Part shown: positions 16,903 through 25,357 of the stretch, piece after piece
Layout of the letters: every line of letters starts with the position of its first letter
Position numbering within the stretch: the first letter of the stretch is position 1
IMG/VR virus record: IMGVR_UViG_3300020045_003040
Location: 1-32,920 of that record
Direction: 5' to 3' (one strand)
DNA length: 32,920 nucleotides
Source: a virus
Lineage: Duplodnaviria > Caudoviricetes
Notes under the pieces: model-generated
Database searches by the model: none
Seen by the model: the letters and a program-made list of their open reading frames with translations, nothing else
Told to the model about the DNA's origin: nothing
Translations under genes and position numbers: made by a program

Positions 16903-18479
16903 GGCCATACCAGCAACGGACCATTGACCAGCTTTACGAATGGTTTGGCAAGAATGACGCGGGCAATCCCTGCCTGAGCCTGCCGACCGGCGCGGGCAAA
17001 TCGCACATTGTAGCCGCTCTGTGCAAGGACGCGCTGCAAAGTTGGCCAGAGACGCGCATCCTCATGCTGACCCATGTCAAGGAATTGATCGAACAGAACG
17101 CCGAGAAGCTGCGCCAGCATTGGCCCGGTGCGCCGATGGGGATTTATTCGGCCAGCGTCGGGCGCAAGCAACTGGACGAGCCAATTACGTTTGCTGGCAT
17201 CCAGTCTGTTCGCAACCGCGCCGCGCAGATCGGCCACGTCGATATTGTAATCATCGACGAGTGCCACCTTGTCTCACACAAGGATGAAGGCGGCTATCGG
17301 ACGCTGTTGAACGCCCTCGCCGCGATTAACCCGGCGCTGCGGATTGTCGGCTTGACCGCCACGCCTTACCGGCTGGGCCACGGGCTGATTACCGACGCCC
17401 CGGCGCTCTTTCACGACCTGATAGAGCCGGTGACGATTGAGGAACTGATATACAAGGGACACCTTGCACCGCTGCGGTCGAAGCTGACCAAGACAGTCTT
17501 GGATACCAGCCAAGTGCACAAGCGCGGCGGGGAATACATCGAGAGCGAATTGCAAGCCGCCGTTGATACCGACCATAACAACGAGCAGGCGGTGCAGGAG
17601 GTGATAAACCTCGCCGGGAACCGCAAGGCGTGGCTGTTCTTTTGCGCTGGCGTTGACCATGCGCAGCATATCGCCGCCGTGTTAACCGCGCATGGCATCC
17701 CCGCCGACTGCGTGACCGGGGGGACGAGCAAGAGCGAACGCCAGCGCATCCTAACGGCATTTAAGGCCGGGGAACTTCGCGCGGTGACGAACGCCAACGT
17801 GCTGACCACCGGCTTCGATTACCCGGATATTGACCTGATCGCCATGCTCCGGCCCACCATGAGCGCCAGCCTTTACGTGCAAATGGCCGGGCGCGGGATG
17901 CGACCAAGCGTGGACAAACAGGATTGCCTCGTTCTCGACTTCGCAGGCGTGGTGCAGCAGCATGGGCCGATCACTGCCGTTCAACCGCCGCGCCGCAAGG
18001 GTGAAGGTAACGGCGAAGCGCCAATGAAGGTTTGCGATGCTTGCGACGAACTTTGCCATATCAGCGCCAAGGTTTGCCCCGCCTGCGGTGCGCCGTTTCC
18101 AGAGCGCGAGGCCGCGCGGTTCACGTTGCACAATGACGACATTATGGGCCTTGAGAACGACGAGTTGGAGGTCAAGTCGTGGCACTGGCGGGACCATACC
18201 AGCCGCAGCAGCGGCAAGGAAATGCTGGCCGTGACCTATTACGGCGATCTATCGGACGCGCCGGTAACGGAGTATCTGACCGTCACGCATTCGGGCTATG
18301 CCGGGGAGAATGCAATCAATCTACTGACCACAATGGCGAGGAGCGCGGGCGTCCAGTTGGACCCGGATAGCGACCTCGCCGCCACTGCCCTAGCGTTGAA
18401 TGAGGGCGCTCCGCCCACGGCATTGGAATACCGCCGCGATGGCAAGTTCCACCGCGTATTGAGAAGGAATTGGGCATGA
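16896..18479 (+). CDS. superfamily 2 DExH helicase (RadD/YejH-like) with C-terminal Zn finger
   Basis: LRPYQ, LPTGAGKS, IIDECH, GLTATPYR, LTTGFD, QMAGRGMR, CDAC...CPACG. Confidence 0.92.
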   Translation: MLRPYQQRTIDQLYEWFGKNDAGNPCLSLPTGAGKSHIVAALCKDALQSWPETRILMLTHVKELIEQNAEKLRQHWPGAPMGIYSASVGRKQLDEPITFAGIQSVRNRAAQIGHVDIVIIDECHLVSHKDEGGYRTLLNALAAINPALRIVGLTATPYRLGHGLITDAPALFHDLIEPVTIEELIYKGHLAPLRSKLTKTVLDTSQVHKRGGEYIESELQAAVDTDHNNEQAVQEVINLAGNRKAWLFFCAGVDHAQHIAAVLTAHGIPADCVTGGTSKSERQRILTAFKAGELRAVTNANVLTTGFDYPDIDLIAMLRPTMSASLYVQMAGRGMRPSVDKQDCLVLDFAGVVQQHGPITAVQPPRRKGEGNGEAPMKVCDACDELCHISAKVCPACGAPFPEREAARFTLHNDDIMGLENDELEVKSWHWRDHTSRSSGKEMLAVTYYGDLSDAPVTEYLTVTHSGYAGENAINLLTTMARSAGVQLDPDSDLAATALALNEGAPPTALEYRRDGKFHRVLRRNWA

Positions 18480-18664
18480 GGCAACCGGAACCCTCTGCGT
18501 TAACCGCGTACAAGGCGTGGATAGCCAAAGGGCCACCGCGCTTTTGCCATAACTGCGATCACTACGGGCTAGAGGGGGAGTGTTTTGCGTTCCACTCGGT
18601 CCCGCCGCTTGAATTTACCCAACAGGAGGATTGCCCATCATGGGAACAGGAACTGCCGTTTTGA
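18476..18664 (+). CDS. small Cys-rich protein (CHNCDHY...C...C)
   Basis: 62 aa, ATGA-coupled to the helicase. Confidence 0.7.
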   Translation: MRQPEPSALTAYKAWIAKGPPRFCHNCDHYGLEGECFAFHSVPPLEFTQQEDCPSWEQELPF

Positions 18665-18993
18665 GGATCAGGACCGAACATGAGGAACAGCGCGATGTCG
18701 TTATGTGGTTCCGCCAGACTTACCGGCCATGCCGTATTTTGGCTGTGCCAAACGGCGAGCATCGGGCGAAGTCAACGGGTGCCAGGCTTAAGGCGGAAGG
18801 CGTTAGCGCCGGGGTGCCTGATTTATTCATCCCGGCACATTGCATCTGGGTGGAAATGAAGCGCACCGAGGGCGGCACGGTTTCCAGCGTCCAGCACGAC
18901 TGGCACAATTACCTAAGAGGCATTGGTCAGACCGTGCTGGTTTGTTACGGGGCGGAGGATGCCAAGGCGCAGATTGCCGCAGCGGTGGGCTAA
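18661..18993 (+). CDS. VRR-NUC domain nuclease (candidate resolvase)
   Basis: TEHEEQ, AVPNG, LKAEGVSAGVPDL, WVEMK, SSVQ; TTG start overlapping the upstream stop. Confidence 0.88.
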   Translation: MRIRTEHEEQRDVVMWFRQTYRPCRILAVPNGEHRAKSTGARLKAEGVSAGVPDLFIPAHCIWVEMKRTEGGTVSSVQHDWHNYLRGIGQTVLVCYGAEDAKAQIAAAVG

Positions 18994-19325
18994 GGCTGCA
19001 CCACCAGGCGGCCAGCATCCCGCGCGTAAAGCATGATCGGGCGATGCTTATCCCATATCCGGGCCAGCAACGCCTTGCTTGCCAACGCCATCGCCGCGTT
19101 ATGCGCCGTGGTATTGAATTCCATCGGCTCGTTCCATTGCTTCGACGTGCGCCGGGGGGCGATGCTGACTTCATGCTTGGCGCGCAGGCGTTCCAGTTCG
19201 TCCGTCGGGACAACGCGCCCGAAGTCGTTCAGGATCATCGTTTGAATGGTCGAAATGGTATGCGGACGGCGGACAAGAATTTGTGCCATCGCAAAGGGCG
19301 TCTCAGGCCGGAAAGCCGCGCTCAT
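18990..19325 (-). CDS. hypothetical protein
   Basis: 111 aa, ATGA-coupled; converges on VRR-NUC with overlapping stop codons. Confidence 0.65.
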   Translation of the reverse strand: MSAAFRPETPFAMAQILVRRPHTISTIQTMILNDFGRVVPTDELERLRAKHEVSIAPRRTSKQWNEPMEFNTTAHNAAMALASKALLARIWDKHRPIMLYARDAGRLVVQP

Positions 19326-19621
19326 GCCGCCACATCCATCGGTGCGAGGGCGGCAGGCAGATCGGCAAGCGTTTTGGCAACCTTTTCAGCGCGCGCCTTG
19401 GCCTTTGATGCGGTCGATTTGGCCTGCCCGGCGCGATAACGTTCCGCGCGCGCGTCAAGGACGGCTTTCACGCTGCGCAGTTCAGACTTGGCGATGGCCA
19501 GATCAACCTCGAGATTGTCAATCAGGTCGCGCAGGTCGTCGTTGCGTAACTGGACGCCCTTGTTGATGGCCTGCAATAACTCCAATTCGCGGCGCGCTTG
19601 ACGGCCAAATAGATCAATCAT
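19322..19621 (-). CDS. hypothetical coiled-coil protein
   Basis: 99 aa from ATG 19621 with GGAGG RBS. Confidence 0.7.
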   Translation of the reverse strand: MIDLFGRQARRELELLQAINKGVQLRNDDLRDLIDNLEVDLAIAKSELRSVKAVLDARAERYRAGQAKSTASKAKARAEKVAKTLADLPAALAPMDVAA

Positions 19622-19856
19622 TGGACTTCCCTCCAGATTTACGGGCTGCATAATGGGCGGTGACGAGGCGCTGATTTGCGCGCTCCTTGAGCCGCCATTC
19701 GAATTCGCTGACGGGCGGCATGGCCACGTCCGCGCCGAACTCATTGGCCATCGCGGTCTGCATCGCGGACACGTTGCCGAGGTAGACGTAGAACCGGAGC
19801 GCGCGCTTCTTATCGGCCATTGTCGCGGCTTTGGTCTTGAGGTGGATTGCGCTCAT
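19614..19856 (-). CDS. hypothetical protein
   Basis: 80 aa; overlaps the next gene in operon fashion. Confidence 0.6.
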   Translation of the reverse strand: MSAIHLKTKAATMADKKRALRFYVYLGNVSAMQTAMANEFGADVAMPPVSEFEWRLKERANQRLVTAHYAARKSGGKSND

Positions 19857-19959
19857 GCGAAGATGAATCGCGCTAGGCTGGCGATGGCCAGATAATATGT
19901 CATGTGGTGCGACCCTGTTTTGCCCCAGGAAATGCTATTCGTAGGTATGGTATGCTATT

Positions 19960-19998
19960 ATTTGCCGCTGCGCTATTGTTTTTGTCGCAGCGGCAAAT
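19960..19998. repeat. 13-bp perfect inverted repeat downstream of the MTase (hairpin/terminator or operator)
   Basis: ATTTGCCGCTGCG-N13-CGCAGCGGCAAAT. Confidence 0.7.
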
Positions 19999-20008
19999 CG
20001 GTTAGGTA

Positions 20009-20953
20009 TTAGGCGGTGAGTGCGAACAGATCGTCCATATCCGGCTTTGCGTTACGGAGATTTTGCGCGCCCTGCTTCCAATAGATCGGGTGCAATTCAG
20101 TCCCGATAAACCGCCGACCTTTGCTGATACACGCCACACCTTCGGACCCGATGCCAGCGAACGGGCTTAACACCGTGTCGCCTTCATTGGTCCACAATTC
20201 CAGCGCCCGCCGCGTGATATTGAGCGGCATCGGGCAGAGATGCTTTTCCGCATCGGGATCGCGCGCCATCTTGACGTTCAAGACATCGGTTGCAGGCAAG
20301 TCATAATCCCCGCGCCCGCTCTGGCCTTCCTGATAGTTCCAGACCGGCGAGGCCAAGTCCTGCCACGGCTGCACCGTTTCAAAGCGGCCCTCTTTCGGAT
20401 GCTCGACTGCGCGCACAAGCCCCTCCTCGCCCGGCTTTGCCCACTTGCGAAAGACCAAGAGATACTCGGGCATTCCAACCCGGCAAAAGCTGGAATCCTT
20501 CTGGAACGTCTTCCACAGCAAGCCGTGGGCATTGGTTTTCGACCGCTCAAGAACCGGATCGCGCCAGATGGTAATCCGGCAATGGAATGTCCAACCCTCT
20601 TCGATATGAACTTGGGTGCATTGGTCAGAGAACGGGCGCAATCCCGCATCGCCGTTTTCACTGCTGTTTTGGTAATAGACCAGATCCTTGACGTGGATAG
20701 CGGACAACCGGCCAGGCCGCGTTACCCGCAGCTTTTCGCGGACCAGAAACCGATATCGCTCCATGAACTCGGCATCATTGGCAACATTGCCCATGTCGAA
20801 GGCGCTTTCGCTGTAGATGTAGAGCGAGGAAAACGGCGGGCTGTAAACCGACAGGTCGATGCAATTGTCAGGCAATCCCGAGATGAAATCGACGCATTCC
20901 GCGTTATACAGGTTCCAACCTTCGCCCGATGCTTGATCCATTACATTCGTCAT
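20009..20953 (-). CDS. orphan N4-cytosine/N6-adenine DNA methyltransferase (beta class)
   Basis: Catalytic motif IDLSVYSPPF near the N-terminus; KHLCP; SAM motif VLSPFAGIGS and FIGTEL near the C-terminus. Confidence 0.92.
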   Translation of the reverse strand: MTNVMDQASGEGWNLYNAECVDFISGLPDNCIDLSVYSPPFSSLYIYSESAFDMGNVANDAEFMERYRFLVREKLRVTRPGRLSAIHVKDLVYYQNSSENGDAGLRPFSDQCTQVHIEEGWTFHCRITIWRDPVLERSKTNAHGLLWKTFQKDSSFCRVGMPEYLLVFRKWAKPGEEGLVRAVEHPKEGRFETVQPWQDLASPVWNYQEGQSGRGDYDLPATDVLNVKMARDPDAEKHLCPMPLNITRRALELWTNEGDTVLSPFAGIGSEGVACISKGRRFIGTELHPIYWKQGAQNLRNAKPDMDDLFALTA

Positions 20954-22347
20954 GCTGCACTCTCCATCCATTCCGGTAACACTGCCAGGGTTGTCGGTTG
21001 ATAATCGTTCTTTGTCGACCTGACTTCTTGCGCCCGCGCCATCGCCGCGCGCATTGCCAGTTTCATCGTATCGTGATCGTCACGCTTGCGGCTGATTGCC
21101 TGCCAGATAGCCTCTTCGGTTTCCGCACACGCGACATGCACATCAACGGGCCTAGTCTGGCCATAACGCCAGCAGCGCCGCGTAGCCTGATAAAACGCCT
21201 CGTAGGAATAGGACAGCCCGACGAACGCCACCCGCGCGCAGTGCTGCCAATTCAGGCCAAACCCGGCGATACTACCCTTGGTTATCAGGATGCGCGCCCG
21301 ACCTTCAGAGAAGTCTGCCAACCCCGCCTCTTTTTGCTCCGGCGTCATCCGGCCATGAACTTCGGTCGCCTCTGGTAACAGGGCTTTAACCGCGTCCGCG
21401 TCGTAATCGGTATCGACCCAGATAATCCACGCTTCGCCAGGTTCAGACTTGACCAGTTCGACTATCTTGGATGCGCGGTCATTGGCCGTCTTGCGCTTTT
21501 CGCGGTGGATCGATGTTGCCGACGCGGACGGGATGCGAAACAACATCGACTGCCCGTCAATATCCACCCCCGCATCGGTGGTTATATCGGTCTTGACGAT
21601 ATGCCGGTGCAGATTGAGCGGTGGCAGATTGTAACCCGTATCGTCACCGCCCAAGTCCGACGGCTTTTCCGCACAGCGCGCCCAGCTCGCGACCCAGTTC
21701 CAAAACGAATTGACCGCGTGACGTTTAAGCCGATAGCGGCCCATCTCGGATTGATCGGCGAGAAACCAACGCGAGAGCATTTCGCTGGACGACATGACTC
21801 CGAGGAATTGGCAGTGCTGGCCTAGTTCCATATGATCGTTCGGCGCGGGTGTGGCGGTGCAGGCCAGCCGATACGGGACGTGACTGCCGAACTCCATCAA
21901 CCGCCGCGTCGTCACGCCGGAGAAGTTCTTAATCACGCTGCTTTCGTCCAGAACCAAGCCGCCGAATGCAGTAGGGTCGAACAGGTGCAGTCGTTCGTAA
22001 TTGCACAAGTTCAACCCCGGCCCAACCTCGTCGCCGCTGCGCACGATCCGCGAGTCGTCAAAGCCGAATTTAGCCGCCTCGACCAGGTGCTGCCCGGTGA
22101 CGCCGAGCGGTGCCAGCATCAGGACGGGCTTGCCGGTTTCCATCGCCACGTTATCGGCATAGGTGAACGCGCACAGGCTCTTACCAAGGCCGGTATCCAG
22201 AAACAGCGCCGCGCTGCCACGCTGAAGTGAGAAATCGACCGCGTTGATTTGATGCGTCCGAATGCGCTCCGGCATATTGCGTAGGTCGGTGCCGTGCGAA
22301 ACGTGGCGAATTATTGATTTCTCAACAATATCCCTGTAGCCTGTCAT
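20950..22347 (-). CDS. SNF2-like SF2 helicase/ATPase coupled to the MTase
   Basis: ALFLDTGLGKS, VLDESS, CTATPAPND, GFGLNWQHC, YQATRRCWRYGQ; ATGA overlap with the MTase. Confidence 0.9.
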   Translation of the reverse strand: MTGYRDIVEKSIIRHVSHGTDLRNMPERIRTHQINAVDFSLQRGSAALFLDTGLGKSLCAFTYADNVAMETGKPVLMLAPLGVTGQHLVEAAKFGFDDSRIVRSGDEVGPGLNLCNYERLHLFDPTAFGGLVLDESSVIKNFSGVTTRRLMEFGSHVPYRLACTATPAPNDHMELGQHCQFLGVMSSSEMLSRWFLADQSEMGRYRLKRHAVNSFWNWVASWARCAEKPSDLGGDDTGYNLPPLNLHRHIVKTDITTDAGVDIDGQSMLFRIPSASATSIHREKRKTANDRASKIVELVKSEPGEAWIIWVDTDYDADAVKALLPEATEVHGRMTPEQKEAGLADFSEGRARILITKGSIAGFGLNWQHCARVAFVGLSYSYEAFYQATRRCWRYGQTRPVDVHVACAETEEAIWQAISRKRDDHDTMKLAMRAAMARAQEVRSTKNDYQPTTLAVLPEWMESAA

Positions 22348-22373
22348 GCGATGTGCCCCCTTTGGCATATTGA

Positions 22374-22402
22374 GGGCGCGGACTTTTGCCCGGTCCGCGC
22401 CC
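22374..22402. repeat. 10-bp perfect inverted repeat upstream of the SNF2 gene
   Basis: GGGCGCGGAC-N9-GTCCGCGCCC. Confidence 0.65.
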
Positions 22403-22468
22403 GATTTGAATTACCCGCCACACGCGTTAAAAATGTTCCGCAGTTTTGACGCAGCTGGCGAGTAAACT

Positions 22469-22549
22469 TTATTCGTCATTAAGCGCCATCATCCCGTACA
22501 TAAACGCGACGAACGCGATATAGGCGGCGAGGTATGCCAGCCAGATCAT
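22469..22549 (-). CDS. 26-aa hydrophobic micro-protein (MIWLAYLAAYIAFVAFMYGMMALNDE)
   Basis: Translated by hand; ATGA-coupled to the GIY-YIG stop; GAGG RBS; single TM-like helix. Confidence 0.5.
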   Translation of the reverse strand: MIWLAYLAAYIAFVAFMYGMMALNDE

Positions 22550-22938
22550 GCCTTGGTCCTCTGCAATCGCAAATTCTCGCGTTTTTTATTACGCAGACCC
22601 GAATACCATTCGGAGGTCCGTCGCGGCCCGCGCCAGTTTATCCAACATTCGGTAGGGACGTGATGCTTGTTGAAGAGGCGGTGACCTAGACCAACGTACT
22701 GACGAATAACCGCGCGCTCAATGCGCTTCGCGTCATAAAGACAGTCGCAAGTATCAATCGCAAAACATTCAATGTTTTCTTCATTATCACATAACCATGC
22801 CGCTTTCGCGTCAGGCTCCGGCATATTCTTAGCGCCGCTAAAATGACCCATCATTCGGCTCTCAATATCTTGGGATTGGCCAACATAGCGGACCTCGCTA
22901 TCACCTGCGATACGGATGCCATATATCGTTATGGTCAT
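22546..22938 (-). CDS. GIY-YIG family endonuclease
   Basis: ITIYGI...VRYVGQS....R...H and later conserved E and N (RIER...LFN); ATG 22938; AT-richer than neighbours. Confidence 0.8.
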   Translation of the reverse strand: MTITIYGIRIAGDSEVRYVGQSQDIESRMMGHFSGAKNMPEPDAKAAWLCDNEENIECFAIDTCDCLYDAKRIERAVIRQYVGLGHRLFNKHHVPTECWINWRGPRRTSEWYSGLRNKKRENLRLQRTKA

Positions 22939-23126
22939 ACAGCCCTCTCCGCGATGTATGCGGCCATGAAGGCGCGCGCCTTGGCTTCCGTTTCGGGCCA
23001 CACCCTGCGGCCTCGTTCCAGCTTGAGAACGAATGCAGTATCGCGGAAAGCCAATTCCCCAAACCGGGTGACTGGCATATCATTCGCGCTGCAAAAGGCG
23101 CGTATATCAGTGAGAAGTGTTTTCAT
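22935..23126 (-). CDS. Cro-like HTH regulator
   Basis: 63 aa; LLTDIRAF.....MPVTRFGELAFRDTAFV.KLERGR pattern; first gene of the leftward early operon. Confidence 0.8.
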   Translation of the reverse strand: MKTLLTDIRAFCSANDMPVTRFGELAFRDTAFVLKLERGRRVWPETEAKARAFMAAYIAERAV

Positions 23127-23132
23127 TCGCCA

Positions 23133-23161
23133 AGCCTAGTTTGCACGTAAGCAATCGTCAA
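23133..23161 (-). promoter_or_regulatory. sigma70 promoter TTGACG-N17-TAGGCT, probably leaderless for the cro-like gene
   Basis: ATG begins 7 nt after the -10 hexamer; no SD. Confidence 0.7.
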
Positions 23162-23230
23162 ACGGTTTATTTTGCATTCGTGCAAACTTTCCGCTTGCAA
23201 GGGTGCAAATTAGGCCTAAGGTGAGTGCAA
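23141..23230. promoter_or_regulatory. operator array TTGCA-N4-TGCAA (three sites plus a half-site) overlapping divergent promoters
   Basis: 23141-54 TTGCAcgtaAGCAA; 23172-85 TTGCAttcgTGCAA; 23195-208 TTGCAagggTGCAA; TGCAA half-site at 23226-30; rightward TTGCAA-N16-TAAGGT. Confidence 0.8.
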
Positions 23231-23246
23231 CAGAAGGGAACACGAC

Positions 23247-23561
23247 ATGCCCACATTCACCACCTACATCATGCGCAACGAAGGCGAACGGAACGAAACC
23301 GAGGTCGAAGTTGCGGTCACATACACCTGCACCCCGTTCATCGCCGCGACCCACGAACAGCCTGCGGAAGGCGGCGAGGTTGAAATCACCAGCGCCATTG
23401 AAGCCAGCGACGACCCGCTGACCGAGGATGAACTGGAACGGATTTACGACGATGCTTGCGGGCGCGCTCAAAGCGACATGGCAGAAGAAGATGCTGACCG
23501 GCAGGATTACATGGCCGAGCAGGCCCGCGACCGCCGCATGGACGCGGAGATGGGGCTGTGA
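23247..23561 (+). CDS. acidic hypothetical early protein
   Basis: 104 aa, very D/E-rich; AAGGGA RBS; first gene of the rightward operon. Confidence 0.75.
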   Translation: MPTFTTYIMRNEGERNETEVEVAVTYTCTPFIAATHEQPAEGGEVEITSAIEASDDPLTEDELERIYDDACGRAQSDMAEEDADRQDYMAEQARDRRMDAEMGL

Positions 23562-23806
23562 GCGGCACACGACAAGACGCCCGCCTGCTGGACGCCGCAA
23601 TGGCCGACCTGCTCCCCGCAGCATACCGCCAGACCGACAAGTGGCAGGACCGGGCGATTGATTTGCAATGCGAACTGTCGGGGGCGATCCACTGGATTGA
23701 AACCGCCGCCAAATGCCTTGCGGACGGCGATACGGCAGGGCTGGCGCTGTGCCTGACTGACTATGCCAAGCGCGCCAAGACAGTGCTTGAAGGCGGTGCG
23801 GCATGA
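23558..23806 (+). CDS. hypothetical protein
   Basis: 82 aa, GTGA-coupled. Confidence 0.7.
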   Translation: MSGTRQDARLLDAAMADLLPAAYRQTDKWQDRAIDLQCELSGAIHWIETAAKCLADGDTAGLALCLTDYAKRAKTVLEGGAA

Positions 23807-24237
23807 CACAGGCAACGCATACGCCGGGTGATCTGGTGGAACGGCTGCGGGAACGCGCCGAGAAAATACGCGGGCACATCAAGAGCAGCCAACTAATTGT
23901 TGACCTCTTGCAGCCTGAAATGGACAAGTTCGAAGCGCGGACGGGTCACGATCTATATACCGTGCGAATGGCTGTTGACCACAAGAGCAGCATCAGGACG
24001 CAAGCCAAAGAACTGGCAGACCTTGATGAAACAATAACCCGCATAAAGGCGCAGGACGAACTTATCACGCGAATGCAAGATGTACTAAGCCCGTTCAGCA
24101 GAGTTGCCGCGCTGGATATCGGCGAGAGCGAGAGTGACCGCGATGTTTACAGGTCCGCCAGTAAGTACGCGCTCGCGCCGGTTATAACGGTCGGACACCT
24201 GCGGGCAGCTCTTGCAGTCCTTACGGTGCAATCATGA
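23803..24237 (+). CDS. hypothetical coiled-coil protein
   Basis: 144 aa, ATGA-coupled. Confidence 0.7.
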   Translation: MTQATHTPGDLVERLRERAEKIRGHIKSSQLIVDLLQPEMDKFEARTGHDLYTVRMAVDHKSSIRTQAKELADLDETITRIKAQDELITRMQDVLSPFSRVAALDIGESESDRDVYRSASKYALAPVITVGHLRAALAVLTVQS

Positions 24238-24380
24238 TGGCGAACCTCAACGCATGGCGCGCACTGGCCCGCGAAGTCTTGGCGACAGAACCCCGCGCGG
24301 TGGAACTGGCAGCGGTTGGCATATTCTGGGCTGCGGTGGCGATCATCACAGCGACCATTACTTGCGCGGTGGTGGCATGA
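24234..24380 (+). CDS. 48-aa membrane micro-protein (MMANLNAWRALAREVLATEPRAVELAAVGIFWAAVAIITATITCAVVA)
   Basis: Translated by hand; ATGA overlaps at both ends; C-terminal TM helix. Confidence 0.65.
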   Translation: MMANLNAWRALAREVLATEPRAVELAAVGIFWAAVAIITATITCAVVA

Positions 24381-24523
24381 ACCCGTCGCCCCGCACAACC
24401 GAATGGCAACGCCCGCCGATGAGCGAGGCCATGCGCCAACATCACCACGGACGCCTGATCGGCCCGGACTATCCACGGCGATCAATCATGGCGCGTATTT
24501 TTGGGAGTAATCGCAATGTCTGA
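24377..24523 (+). CDS. 48-aa hypothetical protein (MNPSPRTTEWQRPPMS...)
   Basis: ATGA-coupled internal start of ORF 24212..24523. Confidence 0.6.
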   Translation: MNPSPRTTEWQRPPMSEAMRQHHHGRLIGPDYPRRSIMARIFGSNRNV

Positions 24524-24689
24524 GGTTGACGTTGATCTGATCGTTCACGGCACGTTGCAGGACGCCAAGTTGATTGGCTGCGCATCGACCGAACAGCTTG
24601 CCCGCCATTTGGCTTGGCTGGTGGAAATTCAGGATGAAATCGCCCGCGCAATCGAAAAGGCGCGGCCTTGTCAGGAGTTGGCAGCATGA
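24516..24689 (+). CDS. hypothetical protein
   Basis: 57 aa, GGGAG RBS, overlaps neighbours. Confidence 0.6.
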   Translation: MSEVDVDLIVHGTLQDAKLIGCASTEQLARHLAWLVEIQDEIARAIEKARPCQELAA

Positions 24690-25357
24690 CAATCGGAGGG
24701 AACAACCCGCCCCCGCTGTTCGCGATGTCGCTGAACATAGAGGAATGGTTCGAACTGGTTTCCGGCACGCTGGCAGGTGGCGCAATCACCACCGAGCAGC
24801 AAGCCGCCGATCTGACTGAACTGTTGGAGCAAGGGCGACTGAACCAGAAAGCAGCCGACGCACAGCGGGCGCTTGAAAAGAAGCCGCACCTTGACGCCAG
24901 CAAGGCCGTGGATGCTGAATGGAAGCCGCTAATCGAACGCTGCACAATGGGCATTGACGCGTTGAAGGTGCCACTGACAGCGTGGCGCACGGCGATACAG
25001 GCAGCAAAGGATAACGCTGCCCGCATAGCCCGCGAGGAAGCCGAGGCCAAGCATCAGGCCGCCCAAGCCGCATTGCGTGCCAGTGACGATCTGGAAGCCC
25101 GCTTTGCCGCCGAGGCGCAACTCGAACAGGCCGCGAAACTGACCGCACAGGCGAACAAGATTGATCGCGCTCCCACCGGCATGCGCACAACCTACACCGC
25201 CCGCGTGATCGACCTGCGCGAACTGGCGAAGCACGTGATGCACCACGACGCGCCCGCGTTTGAGGCGTTCCTGATCGAATACGCCCGCAAGGCTGTCGTC
25301 AGTGGTGTTCGCAGCCTGCCTGGCGTTGATATTTCACCCGAACGGAAAGCAGCATAA
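24686..25357 (+). CDS. conserved phage coiled-coil protein (IGGNNPP N-terminus) preceding the recombinase
   Basis: 223 aa; EKKPHL....AVD..WKP and C-terminal LPGVDI motifs; TAATG-coupled to ERF. Confidence 0.75.
   Translation: MTIGGNNPPPLFAMSLNIEEWFELVSGTLAGGAITTEQQAADLTELLEQGRLNQKAADAQRALEKKPHLDASKAVDAEWKPLIERCTMGIDALKVPLTAWRTAIQAAKDNAARIAREEAEAKHQAAQAALRASDDLEARFAAEAQLEQAAKLTAQANKIDRAPTGMRTTYTARVIDLRELAKHVMHHDAPAFEAFLIEYARKAVVSGVRSLPGVDISPERKAA

Noticed and set aside
20009-22938. Helicase + MTase + GIY-YIG as a restriction-modification or DISARM/BREX-like defence system
   Set aside because: Other required subunits are absent, the GIY-YIG is separated and compositionally distinct, and the genes lie in a lytic early operon.
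23136-23927. 263-aa minus-strand ORF as the missing repressor
   Set aside because: No HTH or peptidase motif; antisense to three coupled plus-strand genes.
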